Part shown: in pieces, positions 1 through 11,244 of the stretch
Numbering within the stretch: the first letter of the stretch is position 1
Layout of the letters: every line of letters starts with the position of its first letter
Origin: Chromera velia
Lineage: Eukaryota
Assembly (NCBI GenBank): GCA_018398765.1
Contig: JAHBMJ010000164.1
Coordinates: 1-55,946, forward strand
Length of the DNA stretch: 55,946 nt
Direction: 5' to 3'
Translations under genes and position numbers: made by a program
The notes under the pieces: generated by a model
What the model saw: only the letters and a program-made list of their open reading frames with translations
Told to the model about the DNA's origin: nothing
Database searches by the model: none

Positions 1-195
1 GTAAGCCGCCATCAATGTTTAGTGCAGTGGGTTTCCAAATTCCTCAATCATGTGTATGGTTTCCATGGAGAGACGATCAAGCAAACAAAGATCGTGCCGG
101 GAAAGAAGAGAGGGGAAAAGGGGGAGAGGCAGCACAAAGAGAATGCAGCGGCTGCTATGAATGCTGATGCGAGCGAGGCTGTATCCCCTTCCTGA
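1..195 (+). CDS. Possible 3' end of an unknown coding exon entering from upstream
   Basis: Frame 1 is open from base 1 to TGA at 193-195 ([64 protein letters not shown]) and is followed by an abrupt switch to AT-rich DNA. No recognisable homology. Confidence 0.2.
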   Translation, partial: VSRHQCLVQWVSKFLNHVYGFHGETIKQTKIVPGKKRGEKGERQHKENAAAAMNADASEAVSPS

Positions 196-578
196 AACGC
201 TCATACACAGAGTGTCACAGACGTGGTTCTGCCAGCAAAAACGTATAAAATGTGCTTTTAACAGATTATTCACATACAGATTTGAGAAGTTTGACCAGGT
301 TTGGACAGGTTTAAAGAGGTTTAGAAGGTTTGAGTCTGGTGTGACCATGGTTTTCAAACCGATTCTAAACCTGATGTAGCAAACGGGTTTTAAACTTATC
401 TAAACCTACCCTAACCTACTTTAACCTTAGCCACTCAACCCTATTTTAGCGTTTTTTAAGCTTTTCTAGCAAATTGAGCTCCAAAAATCTCTTTTAAAAC
501 ATCAAAAATTTACGTTTTTATTGAAAAACCTAACTTCAAACCTAGGGTACCCTCACAAAATGTCAGATCCTAGAGAAC

Positions 579-591
579 GAGAGAGAGAGAG

Positions 592-655
<64 letters not shown>

Positions 656-741
656 CAAACATAGAGAGAGAGAGAGAGAGAGAGAGAGAGCGGAGAGAAA
701 GAGAGAGAGAGAAAGAGAGAGCGAGAACGGGGGAGAGAGAG
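579..741. repeat. (GA)n/(GAAA)n microsatellite
   Basis: Directly visible; it explains the SLSL-rich ORFs 553..804 and 570..776. Confidence 0.95.
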
Positions 742-1550
742 ACCCCTTCTTTCTCTCCTTCCGTCCCGCGTCTCATGGATCTTTGTCTGCGAAATCAAGA
801 GCAATGAGATGATGGTCGTTGATCTTGAAGAAACGGATGAACTCGACGCAGTGAACGTACTTTGAAGATTGCTACATAATAAATGAAACCAATGTTCAAA
901 CCATAGTAAGCATTAAAGAGTCATTTGTTGATTAAGTCTCTGCATTAATGTTTTTTAATTCAATGATATAACAAGTTATAAAATTTGTTGATAAATTTGT
1001 TTATAGATTTAGTTCTGTAAATTTCAGATCCATTGTAAACATTTTTTTGGCTTTCTATATAAAAAATAAAGGATACTTCATATAACAAAATTAATTATGT
1101 CACGGATTTAAATTTTCTTAAATTTAGTCTTCATTCTAGCGTATTTTTTAAGAAAAACACATTAAATCTTACATACGTGTGGATAACGCCAGGTAATGCC
1201 TAGTAACACCCCCACCCTGACCTTACCTCAGTCTAGCCCTGACTGTATGTGAGTGCAACTTTCTGCGTGGCTTCAATCAGCTATATATCGATATGGGGTG
1301 GCACTGCATGAACCAGTTGTAATTTTTCTTGCTTTCCGGGGCTGTTCGTAAGCTTGCTTGCGTCAGATGTCTATGCCATGCATGTATCATGCATACATTA
1401 TGATGCATGCAGGATCGAGAACAATGCATGTTATGCACTTTTCTCCCTTCTGTGTAAGTCCTTCTGTATGGTTTACATGTACTTATATATTACATATCAT
1501 CCGTCCTTTTGTCTTTTCCTTCATTTGCATGCTTCATCCTCAATTTGCAG

Positions 1551-4500
1551 GGGTTGTGTTGTGGGCGAAGATGAAGGATGCTTACCAAGCTCTTCGCCAA
1601 CAGTGGAACAACAAGTAAGTTTCAGATTCTAGCTGTGAGGGTATATGGGTCTTACTTCATGTATATAAGGAATGCCTATTGTTTTAATTCTCATATATTT
1701 TCCGTTGAAACCCGCGCAGCAGCTGTCAATTTCTCCCTATTTTCACGCCCTTCTACCTTCTGCGTCAAATGACCACCTGACTTATGTATGATGAGAGCCC
1801 GCGAAGTCATATATACACGTTGACTCGTAGTTACTCGAGGACTAGCGTAAGCCCCACGCCAGAGGGTCATTTAACCATGTAGAAGAGCACAAGAGCAGAC
1901 GACTCACTTTCTCAATACTGTGCATAACGCAGCAAGTTTTCTTTCTTACATGCAGTACCACAACAAACGAACGAATCATAAACGATCATTTGATATATAC
2001 GCTGTTCATTAGATTTGTGTGCAGGCTCGTGATGAAAGAATACCTTTGCATCGTGTGCGGTGAGCCTGTGAGCCCTGAGGAGAACTCCTGGGGTGTCATG
2101 ACCACGGAGCTCTGCTTCAACTATAGAGAGCGGCTGCAGTTCCTTGTGGAAGACGGCATGCCTCTTTTTGGTCTGTTCAATCGCAAACTCACAGTCTCAC
2201 ATATTCTCATCACATGAAAATGTACCTGTAGTCTGTAGACTATTTCTATTCGAGTAGATGTGCCGCTTGCTGGTCTTTCAACGTCTTCAGCAGTTACTAT
2301 GAGGTACAGCCATTCTCTGTTTATCTGCTTTGCCGTATTATGAAAATTGTTAGCTTTTTCGCATTCTTTTTTTACGTGGCTGTGCTGATTCTCCCTCCAT
2401 ATTCAGCTCGGGTCATGCATGATATCCCTCGGGGACTACTGTGATTCAGAATTAAATTAGGAGGGGGCAGTAGGTCTTCATTGTTTTGTACACGTCGTGA
2501 TTTGTTTCCCCTGCAGATCACCTAACACACGAGCGTCTGATAAAAAAAAGGCCGCGGGTGAATCTCTCGATGTACAAGAGTGGAAGGCCCTGGTTCCAGA
2601 ACCATCTATTATGTTCTGGAAGACGCTCGCAACGTTCGACTCCCCAACGGATTTGAAGAGGTCTGTCAGCCTTTGTTCTGGGGTGTTTTCTTCTTTCATT
2701 CGTTGCTTCGTGTCCTCAAAGCTCTGTAGACGATTTTGACGGTCGAGTGGTGGGGACTTGAAGACTCAATTTGGTGGTCAGAGTGAGTATACATTCAATG
2801 ACATCTGCATAAGTGGTTGTGAGTGCGAGTGGGATTGTAAGGGGTGAATGCGAAGATAAGTGTGAGCCCGTCGCTGAGAGTGTACGTCCATCTATGTGTA
2901 CACATAAGGTGTACATGTATGTGCCTCTGTATGTGTGTGTGTGTGTGTGTATGAAAGAGAGTTAGAGATAGAGGGAGAAAGAGAGGGAGAGCGAGAGAGA
3001 GCACTGGCATGACGAAGCGAAAGGCGCTTGAGTCCCTAGCTCTGCCAGGTCTCCTTTGGTTAGGTTTTGCATGGAGACTCGCAAGGGGCTGAGAGGTTGG
3101 GGCGGGCGTACGTGTGTATAGATGTCGACACACACGTGAAAATGTTTATGAGTGAGTGACAAACAAAATGATGTCGGTCTTAGAGTGTGTTTTTGAGCCT
3201 TATTGTGAGCTGTGGAGTCTTTGCGAAAAGAAAAAATGGTCTCCCTTCGGGCAGGGGATAGAGGTTTTGAGGGGTGGGTAGGTGGGTGTCTGCATGTGTA
3301 TGCGTGAGTCACTGTACGGAGTTCTGTCTTTTTGTGAGTGTGTTTATAAGCCTTTTTGTGAGCTGTCGAGTCTTCTTGAGAAGAAAGAATTGTCTCCCTT
3401 TGGGAAGGGACCGCTTGGAGTTCGAGTCGAAAGAATTCAGGCGGCTGAGCGCTCTGGGCGAGACCAAAAGGGATCACCTAAAGTCATGGGTGGACATGCT
3501 AATGACGACGGAACCTGAAGACCGGGAGAAGGTGTACGAGTACGCATATGACCGTGCACTGGGCTTACCGTGGTCTTGAAGTTCTGCGAGGGCCCCCGGG
3601 AGCTGAAGTCTCAGATGACGCGGCTGCTGAAGCTTAGGCATCACCGTCGAGTCTAGTCGAAGCTGGAAGCTTTCACGTCCCTCAAAGAAGCCCTAGCTTT
3701 CCCTGGGGGATCGTCCTTGCCCGGATCCTCGAGGACGACGATCTGGGTCGAGTGCTTAACAAGATCGAGGATGCAAGTAAGTTCCACGGTCATCATGGGA
3801 TAAAGGACGGGTACATGAGAAGGCCGACTTTCTTTCGATGATTCAAGATAGTTGACTTCCCCGATTTGTCTTTTTTATTTAGTTCTTTTGAATAATGCTT
3901 CTTCCTCTACCCCTTTCTTATCTACTCATGCTCAACCACATACGTGACTATTGACTATAAGTTGCCTCATATTCCGTCGGCGAGTTCTTTCGTATAGTGG
4001 TATATCCCCCTCGAAAAGACCCGATATTGACTTGCTCGAAGCGACAAGACAGCTTTACCCCTTTTTTCTCCCTTCTTCTGCAGTGAGTGAGCATTACAAT
4101 ATGATCTGCAGTGTTGTTGTGTTAGTTGTCACTTACATTGACCCCAGATGAGCTCGCATGAGTATCCAGACATGAGTTTTTCATATGTGTGTCTTGCACG
4201 AATAACATTTTTTCTCTTGTGCTTGCAGACCGAGGCAAGGATGACTTTGTTTCTTTTTTTAAGTGTTAGATCGTCAGTCACCAAATTAAATCGTATTTCT
4301 CCTCATCTTTTTTTTTTTCTGCTTTTTTCTTTGTGGATAGATGCCTGTCGGACCTCAAATTCTCGATGCACCCGCCCATACGTTGTGGAAGGAGTAACAG
4401 TTGTGCAAGTGAAGGTGGCCGGTTTCACATGCCTACACGAGGGGATAGAGGTCTGAGGGGTGGGTGTCTGTATGTGTGTGCGTGATTCACTGTACGGAGC

Positions 4501-5205
4501 GCTGTCGTTCTCTGAGTGTGTTCTTGAGCCTTGTTGTGTGCTGTGGGGTCTTTGTGAGGAGAAAGCGGGAAGGGGATAGAGTAAGAGGAGAGTCTGTCTG
4601 CGAGTCCCGGATAAGTGAATGCCTTGCGTGATAAAAGGAAAGACTATGGGCGTGCAGCTATGGCAATGCGATGGACCTGGGGCTGTCGTTCGTTTCCCCC
4701 CATCTTTTAGGAAAAGTCCTTCTTCTTCGTACTTTTCAATCCTTATGATTCTCTGCAGCATCAACGTAAGCTCATCTGGCACTGTAATAGTTGTAAGTTT
4801 AGCATGGAATTGCTTGTCTATTCATGAATGTGTGTTAAACTTTTTACGTGTCTGTGTGCCTGCAGTTCCAGACCCCCAAGATATCGAAGGGGGCCCGGAT
4901 AAAGGAACGGCAGAGACTCTCGGGATGAAGTTCTGCAGAGCAAGGAAGATGTGGGGGATGACAAGGTACTGTATTGGACTCACCCTGTACTAAGTCTTCC
5001 TTCCATCTGCAGAACATCGAATGGATCTGCCCACTCGCCTCATCGAGAGGCCCGGCAGATACAACGACCGACAGATGTTGAAGGGCCCTCAGCATTATCG
5101 AGTCCTCGGCAGGTGCCCCCCTCAGGCTGACGGAGGACACCCCAGCTGCATCGCATGCCATGGGTTTCCGGAACTCCCTCAGCCTCCTGAGGACGTATTC
5201 GTAAG
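1551..5205 (+). pseudogene. Decayed multi-exon gene of unknown function, possibly TE-associated
   Basis: GC-richer exon-like blocks with YAG acceptors and GT donors. 1551-1614 splices in phase to 2025 (…QQWNNK|LVMKEYLCIVCGEPV…ELCFNY, a CxxC…CxxY decayed Zn-finger-like motif). Further blocks at ~2517-2660, ~3410-3776, ~4341-4450, ~4866-4965 and ~5013-5200. The 3410-3776 block needs frameshifts and contains an in-frame TAG. Confidence 0.35.
3085..3410 (+). repeat. Two tandem diverged ~150-bp units, with a third dispersed copy at ~4440-4582
   Basis: Shared blocks GGGGATAGAGG…GGGTGTCTG…CACTGTACGGAG…GAGTGTGTT…AGCCTT…TGTG(A/T)GCTGT…GTCTT are seen at ~3255-3410 and 4441-4580, and partly at 3180-3255. 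Confidence 0.8.
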
Positions 5206-5609
5206 ACTTTGGAGAATCGAAGCCACATATGATTTTATTGGAAATCTCCAAAATTCTTTTGAGATCTCCTGGGATCATCTCCAAATCTCTAAACATCTCT
5301 AACATCTTTTTTAGATGGAATATAACCAAATAAAGCTTAAAAACATGATTGGTACCTAGGATTGGTACGCTTAGTTTCACTAATAGCGCTAGATACAACA
5401 TCCTAGTAACTTATGGATCGAACATAAGGAAGACTGGTACTCCAATAAAATGTTAGGTTTGGATATATCCAAACTTATTTTGGAGAGATGCCAGTGCTTA
5501 AAGATTCAAAGGTCCAACCATTTTTATCATATTAGGGTTAGTGTTTCTCTTATTCATGATCATGATGATGATGATGTGACTTAACCCTATTTAACCTGGC
5601 AGCCATCGT

Positions 5610-7305
5610 GCTAGGCCCTGCACTGCACTAAAAAAAAAAAAAAATCAGATTTTTTTTTTTATAATGGATTTTGTTTTTAATTCATTATGACAGTCAACAG
5701 ATAAACAACTGTTGTGCAAAGTTCAAGTGTTACAGGCATGTTGCACATTGTCGCATTGTTGTACGGGATGTTAATACTAGGCGACGCACAGTGGTAAAAA
5801 AAAAAAAATAGACCCTTCCAGATTTTTTTTTTTTCGAGCACTTCTAGGAGCACCTAGAGGAGCACCTTTTAGAAGGACTTTTAAACTAACTTCCTCGCAA
5901 ACTTATTACTCAACTCAAAGTTTTAAACATCTTTCAACCCTAGTTTTAACCCTAGTTCTAGTCCTAGTTGTTATTGTACGTTTGTCTCTACTAGTGTCTC
6001 TACTAGTGTCTTCACCATTCCATGATCATCGACTTTGTTGAACATAGACCAATCGATCTTTTTTCCCTTGTTCAACTGCACTGTCACCAGACTTTTCTCT
6101 CTTCTCTTTGCTGTGTCTGTTAAAAAAACTAACCAAGAAGGGACTGAGAAGATGAAACTGATGTGGCTCTCAGGAGACCACACAAGACAGAAAGAGGGGG
6201 ATTGTCTCAGCGCTCAGCAGCAACAGAAACTCAATGTAATGCTTGAGCAGTGTGAGGAGAATGGAGGCGAGACAATTCGCGTTGCTGACCTCCTGAGTGA
6301 TTACAAGGCCATTATGAAGATTGGGTAAATATGGTGGTCTTTGCTCCTGCTTTCGCTTCCTTTGTTTTGTGTGTTCGTTTCAGACGGTCCGCGTATTTAT
6401 CCGAGAGACGCTGTCAGTTAGATAGACACAGATACAAAGATGCACACACATACACATACGTCTGTGGTGGTTCTTTCAGATACATCTGACGTCCTTCTTG
6501 CTTCCCTCCTCTGAGGGATGCCGGGTGATGGACTAGGTGATGGACCAACTGAGTGTGAGAGACGAGGGAGACAGAGGGAGTGACCCGGTCCATCGTTTCA
6601 CCATTCATGCTAATTGAAAAATGAATGAAGTCTGCGTGTATGGCACTGCACGCAGCGACCATCGCAAAAGGGGATTATAGGGACGAAGGTGAGCGGGCGG
6701 GCAAAAGGAAAAGGGAGCTCTCTTTTGTCCTATGCAAAGAGTGACAAGAAGGATGGATGCATGGATACAGACAGAAGAGCAGAAAGAGGAGAAGTTCTTT
6801 GACTGGCTCTTTGACGATATCTAGGATGATATACATTTGGAAGCTCTAGTCAAAACTAGTTTTGGTCAATCCTTTTAAGCGTCTACCAAGCTAAAAGTGA
6901 AATTGGGATCCTACATATGATTCAAACTCTAGTTGAAGCTAGTCATTTAACCTTTATTTTTTTTTATATATACAATAAAATTTTAAATAATAAAAAAAAA
7001 AACAATAGACGTTTTCAGATTTTTTTTTTTTTTACCAGTGTGCGTTGCTTAGTGTTAACATCATGTTGTATTAAACCTATTTATGAATGAATGAATGAAT
7101 GAAGTTGGCTTTGCTAGAGTGGAGCCGTGCTCATATAAGTTTTTGTAAGTCGAGGCCTGGCAGTGGACCGCGGGGTGACCCGAAACATAAATCTTATCCT
7201 ATCCTATCCTATCTTTGGGTTAATAACTAGGTTGATGAATAAAAAAAGAAGAAAAAAAAAGATCAGATTTTTTTTAAAAAAAAATCATGGAGTGCAGGGC
7301 TTAGC
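5610..7305. mobile_element. Outer inverted-repeat-bounded non-autonomous element
   Basis: GCTAGGCCCTGCACTGCA (5610-5627) matches the reverse complement of TGGAGTGCAGGGCTTAGC (7288-7305) at 16/18. Both ends carry A-tract-TCAGA-T-tract just inside. No transposase seen. Confidence 0.55.
5767..7062. mobile_element. Inner inverted-repeat-bounded element nested in the previous one
   Basis: GATGTTAATACTAGGCGACGCACAGTGGT (5767-5795) matches the reverse complement of 7034-7062 at 25/29, continued by A13/T14 tracts. It encloses the GC-richer fragment containing ORF 6035..6328. Confidence 0.65.
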
Positions 7306-8172
7306 TTACTAGTAGGGCCTAGCTAATCTGACTTTAGAGGGGCAGCGCACTAAAGATTTTTGGTAACTCAGTTATGTTTNGTCCATCGTTTCACCATTCA
7401 TGCTAATTGAAAAATGAATGAAGTCTGCGTGTATGGCACTGCACGCAGCGACCATCGCAAAAGGGGATTATAGGGACGAAGGTGAGCGGGCGGGCAAAAG
7501 GAAAAGGGAGCTCTCTTTTGTCCTATGCAAAGAGTGACAAGAAGGATGGATGCATGGATACAGACAGAAGAGCAGAAAGAGGAGAAGTTCTTTGACTGGC
7601 TCTTTGACGATATCTAGGATGATATACATTTGGAAGCTCTAGTCAAAACTAGTTTTGGTCAATCCTTTTAAGCGTCTACCAAGCTAAAAGTGAAATTGGG
7701 ATCCTACATATGATTCAAACTCTAGTTGAAGCTAGTCATTTAACCTTTATTTTTTTTTATATATACAATAAAATTTTAAATAATAAAAAAAAAAACAATA
7801 GACGTTTTCAGATTTTTTTTTTTTTTACCAGTGTGCGTTGCTTAGTGTTAACATCATGTTGTATTAAACCTATTTATGAATGAATGAATGAATGAAGTTG
7901 GCTTTGCTAGAGTGGAGCCGTGCTCATATAAGTTTTTGTAAGTCGAGGCCTGGCAGTGGACCGCGGGGTGACCCGAAACATAAATCTTATCCTATCCTAT
8001 CCTATCTTTGGGTTAATAACTAGGTTGATGAATAAAAAAAGAAGAAAAAAAAAGATCAGATTTTTTTTAAAAAAAAATCATGGAGTGCAGGGCTTAGCTT
8101 ACTAGTAGGGCCTAGCTAATCTGACTTTAGAGGGGCAGCGCACTAAAGATTTTTGGTAACTCAGTTATGTTT
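6588..8172. other. 792-bp tandem duplication split by a single N (probable unmerged contig overlap)
   Basis: 6588-7379 appears identical to 7381-8172, with N at 7380; the second copy ends at a scaffold gap. Confidence 0.85.
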
Positions 8173-8552
8173 NNNNNNNNNNNNNNNNNNNNNNNNNNNN
8201 NNNNNNNNNNNNNNNNNNNNNNNNNNNNNNNNNNNNNNNNNNNNNNNNNNNNNNNNNNNNNNNNNNNNNNNNNNNNNNNNNNNNNNNNNNNNNNNNNNNN
8301 NNNNNNNNNNNNNNNNNNNNNNNNNNNNNNNNNNNNNNNNNNNNNNNNNNNNNNNNNNNNNNNNNNNNNNNNNAGTTATAATGCATGTTAATATATGGGT
8401 AATAAGACACGCCTCTCACTTTATACCACCCCCACCAAACCTGGGGGGTCAGAAGAGGGGGTTACCAAATTAAATAATAAAAGGGGGGGAGGGGGGGGGG
8501 TTAGCCCCCTAATGTGACTGGGTTACCAAAAATCTTTAGTGCGTTGCCCCTC
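8130..8552. mobile_element. TIR element (MITE or DNA transposon) spanning the gap
   Basis: GAGGGGCAGCGCACTAAAGATTTTTGGTAACTCAGT (8130-8165, also at 7337 in the duplicate) matches the reverse complement of 8517-8552 at 34/36. There is an extra subterminal GGTTACCAAA at 8460. No clean TSD, and the true length is unknown because of the gap. Confidence 0.75.
8173..8373. other. Assembly gap (N run)
   Basis: About 200 N. Confidence 0.99.
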
Positions 8553-11244
8553 ATGACCAAGAGCAGTCTATTAATCCATAGCAACATCATTATCATACGC
8601 CATCGCCATCGGTCTATGCATTATTAGGTGTTTAACGTTCACCAAGTCAGGACATGCAAACTAGCAGACAAGGCAGGTTGAATTAATGAGCTGGTTTCTA
8701 GTGAAGCTCAAGACGGAAAACAGTAAAAAAATTAAACAAATCTTTTGTTTTTAAGTTTTTCCCCACCGTTTTCACTTAGTAGTGTTTTTATCGATACTGA
8801 CTCATTATTCAGTGAAATTAAACTTTAATTATTGTAGTATACTACTATATATACAAAATAATTAAAAGCGAACGTGCACAAAGCAGAAAAACAGAGCAAC
8901 AGCTTTTAAGCTTGAAGTTTATTATCCTGTTTATATCAGGGGTATGACATAAAGGGGCGGGTTTTCTTCTTTCTGGCAGGAGGGCAAACAAACATACACA
9001 AGCACACACGCAGATCTTTTCGCAGCTTCGCTTTCCCGCCCACCGGCTTGCCTCACTCTATTTGAACCACCTGTCGGTTGAATTTCCCACGACACTTGTT
9101 GACGAACGGCATGCAGAGGATCTTGTTGCATCGATGCATGCAAGCAAGCAGTGCACCCCTGCACTACTCTCATGTCACTGCAGACGGACAGAGAGACTGC
9201 ATGCCCTCCGACTTGGTCGAGGAGGAAGAGATGACTGGGGAAAGGGGTTTTCTTTTCTTGTGGTGCTGGCCTTACTCAATTGGTTACTGGCTGCTTTGAA
9301 GAAACCTGCAGGAGAGCGGGATGGTATGTGAGGGGACAGAAGCGAGTACGGTCATTCGTTTTCTTCCCTCCCCTGCCATCAAATCTCCTGAGTCAAACAT
9401 CTTTTCAGGAAGACTTTTCCTTGGACGGCCTCGCAGGGAGTGAGGGAGTGTTGATTGACGCACGCACCGATGGTCACTGTCTGCTGGTCAGTTGGATGTC
9501 CGTTGGTTTGGGGAAACAGTTGCTGCGCGGCAGTCCGTGAGAAAAGATAAGATCCTCCAGACAGAGAAAAGAATGAAGGATGCAGCTAAGAATGTTGTAA
9601 TGTTTCAGAGCAGAGTAGAGGAGAGGACCGAGTCGAAAGGCGACCGCTATACCTCCCTCTCTTTCTTTCTCTTTACTCACAACCAGAAGACAAAAAGTCA
9701 GACAGATCGAGAACAAGTCAGAAGAGTCAGACAAGCCGGCTGTGGAAAGCCACACAACTTTTATTTCTTTGTGCCGGTATGGTGGCACTTTCCCCCTTCC
9801 TCCTCTCACGTGCTCACGCAAACAAAAAAAAACAGAGTTGAAAGAGCGCGAGAGGTGGCTGTCTCTCCCTCTCTTTTTTGCTCCCTGATACAACTCTTCT
9901 TGCATGCTCTGCTCTTCTTTTTCCAACTACCAACAGTGCCCTGGCCACATCCCTCTGTTGTCTCGCTCTTTTGCACGCCACACGCTCGCCTCTTTCCACA
10001 AACCCAAGACTTTGAGTTCTGCGCAAAGCTTTTCCCAGCAGCTGCAAAAGAACGGAACCACCACTGAGAAAGGGCAAGGAAGGAGAGGAAGGTAGGGAGA
10101 CTTGTACAGTCCCTCTTTTTCTTTCACGCCGACCGCCCCGTCCACTCCCCTTGAGACAAATGCCGAGAGAAAGAAAGAAAAAAGATCGAGAAAGCGAAGC
10201 AAATTCGTTTGCGTGTCTGATCTCTCTGTCTGTCCAGTCTCCTCACGTCATCTCACTCTCTTTCAATCTTCCTTTTTCCCTTTCCTCCTTCAAAAACCAA
10301 CCACCCCACCACTTTCTAGCCCTTTCCAATGTCTGCCCAGACTGGATCCAATCTGACCTCCGTAAAATGGTTCAACAAGATTTGGAGCACGGATCTTTCA
10401 AACTTCCCACCGTGGCTCCTCCCCCCCACATTCCAACCCCCACCCCCCCATCCCTGCAAGCCTTCCAGAAGAAAAACTCAACTCTAACGTCACCCCCTGA
10501 TTTTTCTTTCTCCCTCTCTTCTCTTCTTTCTAAAGCTGTTGCAAGCAACCACTGCCTCCAAGCAAAACATGGGCAGCCGAGGCAGAGTCTAGCTGTCTCC
10601 CTCTTCCTTTCTCCACAAAGAGCTTCCTCTCTCGTCTGCGCCTCACCTGAAGCAAAAGCTCTCCTCCCCCCCTCTCTTTCAATTATTCTTCCTCCTCCAC
10701 CCGCCCTCCCACTTCGTCACATCCATCAGTCATTCCATTCATTCAGCAACGCACGCAGTCACAGACACCGAGTTTCGATTGATTATTCAGCAAACTTGAA
10801 GATACAGAAGTGGAAGGAAGGATCGGGCAGGCAGGTGGGAGGATACCCCCTCAGCTACGAGAGGGAGCGAGACGGTCAACCCATTGAGCTCAAAAGGCGG
10901 CTGGAAGGACATGTGTATAGTGAGTGAGTGCATGAGTGAGTGTGTGTGTGTGTGTGTGTGTGTGCAAAGAGGGAGACCCCGGACAGACAAGCCGTCAAGT
11001 TCGCCAGCCGGTTCGGTATCGTCTTTCCTCCGCGGATGTGATGAGTGAGTGAGGAGAGTTGTGAGTCAACATTTTTGCGGGGCTACCATCCATCGAAGCC
11101 TCACACCGCCTTCTCTGTCCTGTCTGCTCTCTCCTCTCCCTAAAGAGAAGGACAGAAACACCAAAACAGCAAGACAGGCCGAGGTCCCGATAGCCTTCTC
11201 AGACGAGAAACCCCCCCCGCTAGGCCGCATATCAGTTAGGCTGT

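Noticed and set aside
400..445. Telomeric repeats (CCCTAA-like)
   Set aside because: Only isolated degenerate units at ~10-bp spacing, with no tandem array.
5787..7042. Transib/RSS-like termini (CACAGTG … CAGTGTG)
   Set aside because: The inverted match extends about 20 bp beyond the heptamer and the flanking 5-mers differ (CGACG vs CGTTG), so the heptamer is not clearly a terminus.
7150..7190. Hammerhead ribozyme (stem + CGAAAC)
   Set aside because: No CUGANGA core upstream.
6588..8172. Biological tandem duplication or LTR pair
   Set aside because: The copies appear identical, are joined by exactly one N and end at a gap, which is typical of a scaffolding overlap.
8900..11200. Protein-coding gene from ORFs 9492..10067 and 10151..10927, or a TM-like exon at ~9184-9323
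   Set aside because: Low-complexity, intron- or UTR-like composition with no consistent splice chain or domain. It cannot be supported, though a gene is not excluded.
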